From contig JANMQY010000079.1 in the NCBI GenBank assembly GCA_031370785.1, positions 19,901 to 83,900 on the forward strand: a DNA stretch of 64,000 nt, in the 5' to 3' direction. The notes under the pieces are model-generated. The model made no database searches, had not been told where the DNA came from, and saw only the letters and a list, made by a program, of their open reading frames with translations. The position numbers were made by a program, and so were the translations under genes. Of the stretch, positions 13,259-21,683 are shown in pieces. The DNA comes from Candidatus Eiseniibacteriota bacterium (lineage in GTDB: Bacteria; Eisenbacteria; RBG-16-71-46). Positions within the stretch are counted from its first letter, which is position 1; every line of letters begins with the position of its first letter.

Positions 13259-13957
13259 ATGCACGATGTTGTGATGGTCATCGAGGACGAGAAGGAGATC
13301 CGCGATCTCATCCGCTACAACCTCGAGCGTGCGGGATTCCGGGTCGTCACGGCGCCCAATGGCGAGGAAGGGCTCGAGCGGGTGTTCGCTTCGAGACCCG
13401 ACGCGCTGGTGCTCGACCTGATGCTGCCCGGACGCAGCGGTCTCGACGTGCTGCGCGAAGTGCGCGGCGAGATCGCGACCCGTGACCTGCCGGTGGTGCT
13501 GCTCACGGCGCGCGGCGCCGAAATGGACAAGCTGCTGGGCTTCGAACACGGCGCCGACGACTACCTGACCAAGCCGTTCAGTCCGCGCGAGCTGATCGCA
13601 CGATTGCATGCCCTGCTGCGGCGCGCCCGGCCGGTGTCCGCCGAGAACGTGATCGAGATCGGGGAGCTGCGCGTGGACCCGCTCGCCCGCGAGGCGACGT
13701 TTGCGGGGCGCGCGCTCACACTCACGCCGCGCGAATTCGACCTGCTCGCCTACCTTGCGAGTCACCCGGGAAGGGTGCAGTCGCGCGAAGAGCTGCTGCG
13801 CAAGGTCTGGGGCTACGACTTCGTCGGTGAGACGCGCACGGTCGACGTGCACGTGCGCCGGCTCCGCGCCAAGATCGGCGAGAAGCATCGCGTGATCGAG
13901 ACCATGACCGGCGCCGGGTACAAGTTCGTCGGCGGGGCGAAGCGCGACTCGCGCTGA
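13259..13957 (+). CDS. phoB: OmpR/PhoB-family response regulator
   Basis: Receiver domain (VMVIEDEKEI...LVLDLMLPG...DDYLTKPFSPREL) plus a winged-helix C-terminus (LTPREFDLLAYL...TVDVHVRRLRAKI). The symbol is assigned from context with phoR, pstSCAB and phoU. Confidence 0.85.
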   Translation: MHDVVMVIEDEKEIRDLIRYNLERAGFRVVTAPNGEEGLERVFASRPDALVLDLMLPGRSGLDVLREVRGEIATRDLPVVLLTARGAEMDKLLGFEHGADDYLTKPFSPRELIARLHALLRRARPVSAENVIEIGELRVDPLAREATFAGRALTLTPREFDLLAYLASHPGRVQSREELLRKVWGYDFVGETRTVDVHVRRLRAKIGEKHRVIETMTGAGYKFVGGAKRDSR

Positions 13958-13978
13958 GCGCTGGCGAAAGAGGCGCGC

Positions 13979-15745
13979 ATGACACTGGGCCTGCGCGAGA
14001 GACTGTTCGGTGGATTCGCGCTGGTGCTGGCGGCGACCCTGGCGCTGGTCGCCCTGATGACCGCGCACGAACAGGAGCGCTGGCTGCAGGCGCGCACCCG
14101 CGAGACGCTCGAGCGCTCGGCGCGACTGGTGCTGCGCGAGATCGCACACGCTCCTGAAGCCGCGGCCGGCAACTGGCCGGCGTTCGCCGCGGAGATGGGC
14201 GATGTGCTCCAGTGCCGGGTCACCCTGATCGCGGGCGACGGTCGCGTGCTCGGCGACAGCGAGGTCGCGGCCGACCGGATCGCGGCGCTCGACAATCACT
14301 CCGGCCGCCCCGAGGTGCGCGCGGCGCTGGCTGGCCGGGTCGGCTGGGCGGTGCGCCACAGCCGGACTCTTGGGCTCGATCTCATGTACGTGGCGGTGCC
14401 CGCGGCGGCCGGCGGGCTCGGCGTGGTGCGCACCTCGGAGCCGCTGACCGTGCTCGCCGCGCTGCGCACCTCGCTCCAGCGCGCCACCATGCTGGCGCTT
14501 CTCGTCGCGCTCGCTCTCGGACTCGTGCTGGTGTACGGCGTCGCGGCCTGGCAGGCGGCGCGCGTGCGCTCGCTCCAGGCAATCGCCGCGCGCATTGGCG
14601 CTGGCGAGTCGGGCGCGCGCGCGCTGGAGCGCCCGCTCGACGAGCTGGGTCGGCTGGGGCGGACGCTGAATCAGATGGCGACCGACCTCTCGGCGCGGCT
14701 CGAGACGCTTTCGCGGGAGCGCGACGAGCGCGAGCACATCCTCGCCCACATGAGCGAAGGTGTTGCGCTGATCGACGCCGGGGGCCGGATCGTGCGCGCC
14801 AACCAGCGGCTTGCCGAGCTGCTGGATCAGACGTTCGTCGAGATCGGCCGGCCGTTCCGGGAATTCGCGCGCGTTCCCGAGCTGGCGGAAGTGCTGGAGG
14901 TCGCACGTCGCGATGGCGTGGTGGTGGAACGCGAGCTGAGGCTGTGGACGAGGGGTCTGCGCACGGTGCGCGCCAGCGCGACGCCGCTCGACGGACCCGA
15001 GGGGCGCGCGATTCTGCTCGTGCTCCACGATCTGAGCGAGGCCGAGAGGCTGAACCGCGTGCGCCAGGATTTCGTGGCGAACGTCTCGCACGAGCTGCGC
15101 ACGCCGCTCACCTCGGTGCGAGGTTACGCCGAGACGCTGCTCGACGGCGGGCTGGACGACCTCGAGCACCGTGAAGGCTTCGTGCGCATCATCCGCGATC
15201 AGACCGAGCGCCTGCAGGCGCTGGTGGACGACCTGCTTTCACTTTCCGAGCTGGAACGGCCCGGGGCCGAGCTGCGCGTTTCGCACTTCGACCTGTGGGA
15301 GCCGGTGGAGCGCCAGGTGGCGGCATTCCGGGATCGCGCGGTGCGCGCGCATCTCGCGCTGAGCGTGGAGCGGGGCCCGGCGGTCGAAGTGACCGCGGAT
15401 CGGGCCCGGCTCGAGCAGGTGGTGGCGAACCTGCTCGACAACGCCATCAAGTACACCGAGCGGGGCGGTGTGCGGGTCAGGGTCGGTGGCGACGCGCTGA
15501 GCGCGTGGTGCGAGGTCGAGGACACCGGCGCTGGGATTCCATTCGAGGATCAGGGACGCGTGTTCGAGCGGTTCTATCGCGTCGACAAGGCGCGCTCGCG
15601 GGACAAGGGTGGCACCGGGCTCGGACTTTCGATCGTGAAGCACATCGTCAGCCTGCACGGGGGAGAGGTCTCGCTCGAGAGCGCCCCGGGCAAGGGCAGT
15701 ACCTTTCGCTTCGAGATTCCGCGCCTCGCGCTCGCCGAGGACTGA
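13979..15745 (+). CDS. phoR: sensor histidine kinase, PhoR-like
   Basis: N-terminal TM segments, HAMP/PAS-like region, H-box FVANVSHELRTPLTSVRGYAETL, and an HATPase with DTGAGIP and GGTGLGLSIVKH. Confidence 0.85.
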   Translation: MTLGLRERLFGGFALVLAATLALVALMTAHEQERWLQARTRETLERSARLVLREIAHAPEAAAGNWPAFAAEMGDVLQCRVTLIAGDGRVLGDSEVAADRIAALDNHSGRPEVRAALAGRVGWAVRHSRTLGLDLMYVAVPAAAGGLGVVRTSEPLTVLAALRTSLQRATMLALLVALALGLVLVYGVAAWQAARVRSLQAIAARIGAGESGARALERPLDELGRLGRTLNQMATDLSARLETLSRERDEREHILAHMSEGVALIDAGGRIVRANQRLAELLDQTFVEIGRPFREFARVPELAEVLEVARRDGVVVERELRLWTRGLRTVRASATPLDGPEGRAILLVLHDLSEAERLNRVRQDFVANVSHELRTPLTSVRGYAETLLDGGLDDLEHREGFVRIIRDQTERLQALVDDLLSLSELERPGAELRVSHFDLWEPVERQVAAFRDRAVRAHLALSVERGPAVEVTADRARLEQVVANLLDNAIKYTERGGVRVRVGGDALSAWCEVEDTGAGIPFEDQGRVFERFYRVDKARSRDKGGTGLGLSIVKHIVSLHGGEVSLESAPGKGSTFRFEIPRLALAED

Positions 15746-15841
15746 GCCGACAGCGCGCCACGCCTGCCTCGCAGTCACTGCCATTCTCCAGCCGCGGCGC
15801 CCCTGCCCGTACTTCCGCCGCCGGCGCTTGCCCTCCTGCGT

Positions 15842-15899
15842 GAATTGCGGGGAGCCGGATCGGGTCCGGCGAACCCCTTCGGCGAGTGCCCCGCAATTC
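15842..15899. repeat. 58-nt nested palindromic element
   Basis: Perfect 11-bp outer stem GAATTGCGGGG (15842-15852) / CCCCGCAATTC (15889-15899). It encloses an inner hairpin GCCGGA-TCGGG-TCCGGC and a short CGAA-CCCC-TTCG stem. It lies about 100 nt after the phoR stop in a 454-nt non-coding gap. Confidence 0.5.
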
Positions 15900-16199
15900 C
15901 GGATCTCCGACTTGCGGATCGAACGCGGCTCCGGCGGACCGCGCCCTCGAGAACGCTTCGAACGCGCCCGAAGCCTGCGCGATTCTCGAAATACCCATGC
16001 CCGCCTAACATGCGGGCGGACATGCGGTTCGGGCCGCGCGCCACGAGCCGTGTTTCCTCTCTCAATTCGGCAATGTTAGCGTTGATGCCCCGCGGCACCC
16101 CCTGCGTGGCGTCGTTGCTCCGCGGCGGCGTGACGCGGTGCGGCATTCGCCCGCGACCTGGCACCGCCCCATCAGATACTTGAAAGCGATCAGTTCCTC

Positions 16200-16718
16200 A
16201 TGCGTCTCATCCTGTTCAGGCACGGCCCCGCGGGCAGCTCCGATGCCGCACGCTGGCCCGACGACCGCGAACGTCCGCTCTCCTCGCGCGGCGAGGAGCG
16301 TACGCACGCCGCGGCGCTCGGTCTCGGCGAGATCGAGCGCGAGATCACCCGCATCCTGACGAGTCCGCTGCGCCGTGCGCTCGGGACCGGCGCGATCCTG
16401 CGCGAGGTGCTCGACCTCGACCGTGAGCTCGAGCTTCACGCCGATCTGGCGCCCGGCGGCTCGACGCGTCGGCTGCTCGAATCGTTCGCGGAGTCCACCG
16501 ACGAAGAGAGCGTGGTTCTGGTCGGGCACGAGCCCGACCTCGGCAAGCTCGCCGGCACGCTGCTCTTTGGCGCTCCGGCGCATCTGCCGCTCAAGAAGGC
16601 GGGCGGCTGCGCCATCGGCTTCGAGGGCGCCCCGCGTGCGGGAGAAGGGCAGCTGCTGTGGTTCCTGCCCCCGCGTGCGCTTCGCCGGCTGGCGCGCAAG
16701 CAAAGGATGCACGCGTGA
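16200..16718 (+). CDS. sixA: phosphohistidine phosphatase SixA-like (histidine phosphatase superfamily)
   Basis: MRLILFRHGPAG (RHG catalytic motif), LSSRGEE and VLVGHEPDLG. Size is about 170 aa. Confidence 0.75.
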   Translation: MRLILFRHGPAGSSDAARWPDDRERPLSSRGEERTHAAALGLGEIEREITRILTSPLRRALGTGAILREVLDLDRELELHADLAPGGSTRRLLESFAESTDEESVVLVGHEPDLGKLAGTLLFGAPAHLPLKKAGGCAIGFEGAPRAGEGQLLWFLPPRALRRLARKQRMHA

Positions 16719-16723
16719 ACTCG

Positions 16724-17425
16724 ATGCCGGACACCTACGGCGCCAACCGGACGCAGTATCCCGGCCGGTTGTTCATCGTCGAAGGCATCGACGGCTCGGG
16801 CAAGAGCACGCAGCTCACCCTGCTCGCGCAGTGGCTGCGCGGCCAGGGCTACCCGGTGGTGTTCAGCGAGTGGAACTCCTCGCTGATCGTGAAGGCGACC
16901 ACCTCGCGCGCCAAGAAGCGCCGGCTGCTCACGCCGCTGACCTTCTCCCTGATCCACGCCACCGACTTCTCGGACCGGGTGGAGCGCGAGATCGTGCCCA
17001 CGCTCAAGGCGGGCGCGGTCGTGCTCGCCGACCGCTACGTGTACACCGCGTTCGCGCGCGACGTGGTGCGCGGGGTGGACCCACGCTGGGTGCGTTCGCT
17101 CTACCGGTTCGCGGTGGTGCCGACGCGCGCGTTCTACTTCCGCGTGCCGCTCGAGATCGCGCTGCGCCGCATCCTCATGTCGCGTCCCAAGCTCAAGTAC
17201 TACGAGGCGGGCATGGACCTGGGCCTGCACCCGGATCCGCGCGAGTCGTACCGCCGATTCCAGACCCGCATCCTCGACCAGTACGAGACCCTGGTCGATG
17301 AATTCGGCCTCAGCGTGATGGACGCGACCGAACCGGTCGAGATCCAGCAGCGCCGCCTGCGCCGCGAGATCCTGCCACTGCTCGCGGGGCTGCCCCGTTC
17401 GGGAGACGTCCATGCGATCCTTTGA
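16724..17425 (+). CDS. thymidylate-kinase-like P-loop kinase, paralogue 1
   Basis: RLFIVEGIDGSGKSTQL (Tmk-type Walker A) and ADRYVYTAFA (DRY motif). An alternative GTG start at 16715 overlaps the sixA stop. Confidence 0.7.
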   Translation: MPDTYGANRTQYPGRLFIVEGIDGSGKSTQLTLLAQWLRGQGYPVVFSEWNSSLIVKATTSRAKKRRLLTPLTFSLIHATDFSDRVEREIVPTLKAGAVVLADRYVYTAFARDVVRGVDPRWVRSLYRFAVVPTRAFYFRVPLEIALRRILMSRPKLKYYEAGMDLGLHPDPRESYRRFQTRILDQYETLVDEFGLSVMDATEPVEIQQRRLRREILPLLAGLPRSGDVHAIL

Positions 17426-18119
17426 GAGTTACGGCGTCCCGATTCCGGCGGTGGATCCTGCCGAGCTCACCGGCTGGCTGGTCGTGATCGAGGGGACCGA
17501 TGGAGTGGGGCGCACCACGCACGTCAATCACCTGCGCGCCCATCTCGAACGCCAGGGCTACGCCGTGGCCGAGTCCGGATTCACGCGATCCGACGTCGCG
17601 AGCCGCGGCATCCGCCGCGCCAAGCAGGGCAACACGCTCGGCTCCAACGCGTACAATCTGTTCTACGCGACCGATTTTGCGGACCGGCTCGAACGTCAGA
17701 TCATTCCCGCACTTCGCGCCGGGTTCGTCATGCTGACCGACCGATACGTCTATTCGCTCATCGCGCGCGCCATCGTGCGCGGGGCGGATCCGGACTGGAT
17801 CAAGCAGGTCTACTCGTTCTCGCTCCAGCCCGATGCGGTGTTCTACCTGCGCATCGCGGTGCCCGACCTGGTGCCGCGCATCGTTTCCAACGGCGGCTTC
17901 GACTACTGGGAGTCGGGCATGGACCTGCCCATGGGCGAGGACATCTACGACTCCTTCATCAACTATCAGAAGCGCGTGATCGAGGAGCTGGACGGGCTGT
18001 CGCGTGACTACGGATTCCAGACCATCGACGCCACCCGGCGAGAGGACGACATCGCCGAGGAGCTGGCGGCCCGCGTCTCGACTCTGCTGGAAGCCGACAT
18101 TCCTCCAGTCGTCGAGTGA
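17412..18119 (+). CDS. thymidylate-kinase-like paralogue 2 with degenerate P-loop (Lys to Arg)
   Basis: WLVVIEGTDGVGRTTHV (GxxGxGRT) and TDRYVYSLIA. It shares the unusual YYEAGMDLG / DYWESGMDLP segment with paralogue 1. GGGAGA RBS, and a 14-nt overlap with paralogue 1. Confidence 0.65.
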   Translation: MRSFESYGVPIPAVDPAELTGWLVVIEGTDGVGRTTHVNHLRAHLERQGYAVAESGFTRSDVASRGIRRAKQGNTLGSNAYNLFYATDFADRLERQIIPALRAGFVMLTDRYVYSLIARAIVRGADPDWIKQVYSFSLQPDAVFYLRIAVPDLVPRIVSNGGFDYWESGMDLPMGEDIYDSFINYQKRVIEELDGLSRDYGFQTIDATRREDDIAEELAARVSTLLEADIPPVVE

Positions 18120-19177
18120 TCGCGCTGGCTTCTGAAGACACCGGCGCTCCCGGCGCTGGCGCTCCCGACACGCCGGACGCCGACGCTCGCGAGCCGCTGG
18201 CCCTGAGGCTCCGCCGTCTCACCGAAGCGCTCCTCATTGCCGCGCGTGGGCTGCGCGCGCACGACACCGAGGCGGCGCACGATGCGCGTGTCGCCGCACG
18301 CAGGCTCGAGTCCGCGCTTTCGCTGTGGCGATCGGTGCTGCGTCACAGCCCCGCCGATCGCGCCCGCCGCGAACTGCGCCGCAAGCGTCGCGCGCTGTCC
18401 CGGGTCCGCGATCTGGAAGTCCACCTTGCCGAGCTTCGCCCGATGCTGCGCCCGCTCGCCGCGGATGATGCGCGTATTGCGCGCTGGCTCGAGCGGCTCG
18501 AGCGCCGGACGGTGCGCGCCCGCGAGGTCGCGACGCGACGGGTGAGCCCGGCGCGGGTGAGGCGCGTGCAGAAGTGGATCGAGGCTGCCGCCGAGAATGC
18601 CGCGGAGGAGACGGCGCTCGATGCGGTGCGCGAGCGGCTTGCCGGGCGCGAGAAGGAATTCCGGGAACACGCGGCGCATGCGCTCGAATCCCCCGAGCCC
18701 GCGCGGCTTCACGCCGCGAGGATCGCCGCCAAGAAGCTGCGCTACGCGCTGGAGAGCGCGCAGAGTCCCGCTATGCCGTCGGACCAGCCTCGCGACGAGG
18801 TCGCGGAACTCCGCGCGGTCCAGCGGGCGCTGGGAGATGTCCAGGACGCTTCGACGCTGACCCGGCGGCTGACCCGGCGCCTGCGTCGCTGGCACGCACG
18901 CGGTCATGCGTCGACGGCTTCACGAGTCGAGCCCCTGCTCGAGCCGCTGGCGGCGCGGAGCGCGCGGGCCGTCGAGAAGGTGCTGCCGAAGATCCGTGCG
19001 ATTCTCGAGCGGGCTTCGCGGCATGTTCCAGCACCACCCGCACCCGCCCCTTCACCAGGCGCTCGAGAAGCCCGGTCCGGCGTCGCGCCGCCCACAGCTC
19101 CAGCTGCGCCTCGCGTCGGGCGGATACAACGATCGATACGGTCGCGTCGCGTCGCACCACCCGCATCGAGCGGATGA
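18116..19177 (+). CDS. CHAD domain protein
   Basis: Repeated helical His/Arg motifs AHDARVAARRLESALSLWR and LHAARIAAKKLRYALESAQ. The GTG start overlaps the paralogue-2 stop (GTGA). The last ~50 codons are Pro/Ala/Arg low-complexity and are antisense to ppx. Confidence 0.7.
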   Translation: MIALASEDTGAPGAGAPDTPDADAREPLALRLRRLTEALLIAARGLRAHDTEAAHDARVAARRLESALSLWRSVLRHSPADRARRELRRKRRALSRVRDLEVHLAELRPMLRPLAADDARIARWLERLERRTVRAREVATRRVSPARVRRVQKWIEAAAENAAEETALDAVRERLAGREKEFREHAAHALESPEPARLHAARIAAKKLRYALESAQSPAMPSDQPRDEVAELRAVQRALGDVQDASTLTRRLTRRLRRWHARGHASTASRVEPLLEPLAARSARAVEKVLPKIRAILERASRHVPAPPAPAPSPGAREARSGVAPPTAPAAPRVGRIQRSIRSRRVAPPASSG

Positions 19178-20555
19178 GCTGATAGTGACTGCGCTCGAGG
19201 CCCTCGGCGATGCGCAGGATCGCGGAGAGCCAGAGCACGACGCGCCGCTGACTCTTGTCCAGCGCCTTGTACTCCGGGTCGCGCTTTCGCGGGCGACCTT
19301 TGCCGTGATAGCGCGTCACCAGCGCCACCTGCACGATCTCCGCGGCAGAGAGCCCGCGCAGATTTCCGTTCTTGACCACGTAGCCCGAGTGCTCGTGGTG
19401 GCCGTCGTAGCCGATCGCCGAGCCGATGTCGTGGAGCAGCGCCGCGAAGTGCAGCAGCTCGCGCGCCTCGGCATCCAGCCTGTGCCTGGAGCGCAGCGCA
19501 TCGAACAGCGTGAGCGCGAGGGTCGCGACGTGACGCGGGTGCGCCCCGTCCGCGTTGAATTTCGCGAGCAGCAGGTAGACGCTGCGCAGCCGAAGGTCGT
19601 CGACTGTCTCCAGCTTCGAGATCTCCTTCGCGTGGTAGACCAGATGGTCGGTGACCAGTCCCTCGCGCACGCCGAAGTCCGACAGCGTGATCCCGTCGAG
19701 GCCGAGCATGGAGAGCAGCTCGTGCAGAACGGTGGCCCCGGCCAGCAGGATCTCGGCGCGTGCCGCATCGATCGCCGGCAGGTGCTCGCGCTCGGTCTGA
19801 TCCATGCGCTGCAATCGCGCCACCAGACGCTCGAGCCCCTCGGCGGCGAGGAAGTGCCCGTTCAGCTGCTCCAGGGGCACGCCGGTCTGGCTCCACGCCA
19901 CGGTCTGTGCCAGTGCGTGGATCGAGCCTGACGATCCGTACGCGCGGGTGATCTTGTAGGGCTCGAGCTCGCGCAAGGCCGGGCGCAGCTTGCGCCGCAC
20001 GTGGCGGCGAAGCCGTGCGACGTCGCGGCGGGTCGGCGGATCCCTGGGGACCATCAGCTCGGTGAGGCGCAGCGCGCCGAGTGGAACGCTGGCGGCGTGT
20101 GAAAGGCGCTCGCGGTTTCCCACCACCAGCTGGGCGCTGCCGCCGCCGATGTCCACGATCAGCGCGGGCGCCTCCTCCAGCTGGAGGGCGCTCTTGACCG
20201 CGAGATAGATGAGGCGCCCCTCTTCATCTCCGGGGATGACGCGGGGCGAGATCCCGCTCGCCTCGCGCGCCGCGCTCAGGAACTCGCCGCCGTTGCGGGC
20301 CTCGCGCACCGCGGCCGTGGCGGTGCACAGGATGCGGTCCACCTGATGCCGGCGCGCGAGGCGCACGAAGCGGGTGAGCGCGTCCACGGTGCGGCGGATC
20401 GCCGCACGGCGCAGCCGTCCGGCGGCGAACGAGCCGCGACCGATCTGCACCACTTCCCGCTCGCGATCGATCACGTCGAACGAGGCACCGCCTCGCGACT
20501 GCGCGATCACCATGTGAATCGAGTTGGTGCCGATGTCGATTGCAGCGATGCGCAT
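18771..20555 (-). CDS. ppx: exopolyphosphatase / guanosine pentaphosphate phosphohydrolase with HD domain
   Basis: MRIAAIDIGTNSIHMVIA...IVDIGGGSAQLV (ASKHA fold) followed by an HD region HPRHVATLAL...LLHDIGSAI. The recognisable domains end near VVLEH (~19020). The remaining ~80 codons are a low-complexity tail antisense to the CHAD gene. Confidence 0.88.
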   Translation of the reverse strand: MRIAAIDIGTNSIHMVIAQSRGGASFDVIDREREVVQIGRGSFAAGRLRRAAIRRTVDALTRFVRLARRHQVDRILCTATAAVREARNGGEFLSAAREASGISPRVIPGDEEGRLIYLAVKSALQLEEAPALIVDIGGGSAQLVVGNRERLSHAASVPLGALRLTELMVPRDPPTRRDVARLRRHVRRKLRPALRELEPYKITRAYGSSGSIHALAQTVAWSQTGVPLEQLNGHFLAAEGLERLVARLQRMDQTEREHLPAIDAARAEILLAGATVLHELLSMLGLDGITLSDFGVREGLVTDHLVYHAKEISKLETVDDLRLRSVYLLLAKFNADGAHPRHVATLALTLFDALRSRHRLDAEARELLHFAALLHDIGSAIGYDGHHEHSGYVVKNGNLRGLSAAEIVQVALVTRYHGKGRPRKRDPEYKALDKSQRRVVLWLSAILRIAEGLERSHYQLIRSMRVVRRDATVSIVVSARREAQLELWAARRRTGLLERLVKGRVRVVLEHAAKPARESHGSSAAPSRRPARSAPPAARAGARLVKPSTHDRVRASDAGAGSAAGSASKRPGHLPAPAGPRGVPRPRREAGPTA

Positions 20556-20702
20556 CTGGTCCGGCCCTCCAAGGGGGACGCGTCCGCGGCCACCGAGTTT
20601 ACGCGTCTCGGGCGCCTTTGGCCATCACACTGCTCGACGTCCGCGCATCGTCGCCGTCCCGCCTGCCCCGGCGTCGTGCGCAGTTTCTCCGCACTTTTAT
20701 CG

Positions 20703-20742
20703 GGCGTTCACGCGTCGTAACCGCCGACGTGTTCTCTTTCGG
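20703..20742 (+). promoter_or_regulatory. phased triple direct repeat, Pho-box candidate B
   Basis: GGCGTTCACGCGTCGTAACCGCCGACGTGTTCTCTTTCGG, with CGT-initiated units at 20705, 20716 and 20728 (spacing 11 and 12 nt). Its architecture is near-identical to the element at 26791-26830 read on the minus strand. Confidence 0.45.
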
Positions 20743-20958
20743 CTCGTCGCTCCCGACCCTTGAGCTTCCCCGCCACTCGAATCCGGGAGTTCGCCCCGCG
20801 CGGCACCGCACGCATCGCGCGCTCTGCGCGCGCGCACGCCGACTGTTCGGAAGCTGGGAGGGCGCGGTCCGCGCGGCGGGACTCGACTACGCCGAGCTGG
20901 TCACGATTGCACGGCAGCGCGCCTCGCGCGCCCGCCGGCTCACCTGGCGTCGCGCGCG

Positions 20959-21651
20959 CTAAGCGCGACCGAAGTCGTCGCCGGCTTCGGTTTGCTCTTC
21001 GGCGTGGTGCTTGATCACCCGTGCCTCGGCGATGAACACCACTTCTTCGGCGATGTTGGTGGCGAGGTCGGCGACACGCTCCAGGTTGCGCGCGACCAGG
21101 ATCAGCTCCATCGCCCGGGTGATGGTGGTCGGATTCTCCACCATGAAACTGAGCAGCTCGCGGAAGACCTGATCGTTCAGACTGTCGACCACGTCGTCGG
21201 CGCGGCACAGGCGCCGCGCGCTCACGGCATCCTGGCGCACGAACGCGTCGAGCGACTCGCGCAGCATCCCGTTCGCGAGCTCGGCCATTCGCGGGATGTC
21301 CACCAGCGGCTTGAGCAGGGGCTGTCCGGCCAGCCGCATCACGCTTCCGGCGATATTCACCGCATGGTCGCCGACCCGCTCCAGGTCGTTGTTGATCTTG
21401 AGCGCGGCGGTGATGAAGCGCAGGTCGCGCGCCATCGGCTGCTGGAGCGCGAGCAGGCGCAGGCAGCGCTCGTCGATGTCGAGCTCCATGCGATCGATGA
21501 TCTTGTCGTCGGCGAAGACCTCGCGAGCCAGGGTCTCATCCAGACGGCGCAGCGCGTCGATCGACTTGAGCACGATGCTCTCGGAGTGTCCGCCCATGAG
21601 CAGCAGCTGCTGCTTGAGCTGCTCCAGCTCGCGTTCGAAATGCCTTTCCAC
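20959..21651 (-). CDS. phoU: phosphate signalling complex protein PhoU
   Basis: GTG start with a GGAGAA RBS. (V)ERHFERELEQLKQQLLLMGG...DDKIIDRMELDIDERCLRLLALQQPMARDLRFI...ARNLERVADLATNIAE, i.e. two PhoU repeats. The 481-aa ORF-track model is an artefactual extension into pstB. Confidence 0.92.
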   Translation of the reverse strand: MERHFERELEQLKQQLLLMGGHSESIVLKSIDALRRLDETLAREVFADDKIIDRMELDIDERCLRLLALQQPMARDLRFITAALKINNDLERVGDHAVNIAGSVMRLAGQPLLKPLVDIPRMAELANGMLRESLDAFVRQDAVSARRLCRADDVVDSLNDQVFRELLSFMVENPTTITRAMELILVARNLERVADLATNIAEEVVFIAEARVIKHHAEEQTEAGDDFGRA

Positions 21652-21683
21652 GTGTGTTCTCCGCCCCGGTTTGGCGCCGGCGC

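Noticed and set aside
15998-16016. Hairpin GCCCGC-CTAACAT-GCGGGC in the phoR-sixA gap, considered as a terminator.
   Set aside because: The stem is short (6 bp), there is no U tract, and it lies about 250 nt after the phoR stop. This is not enough to call a terminator.
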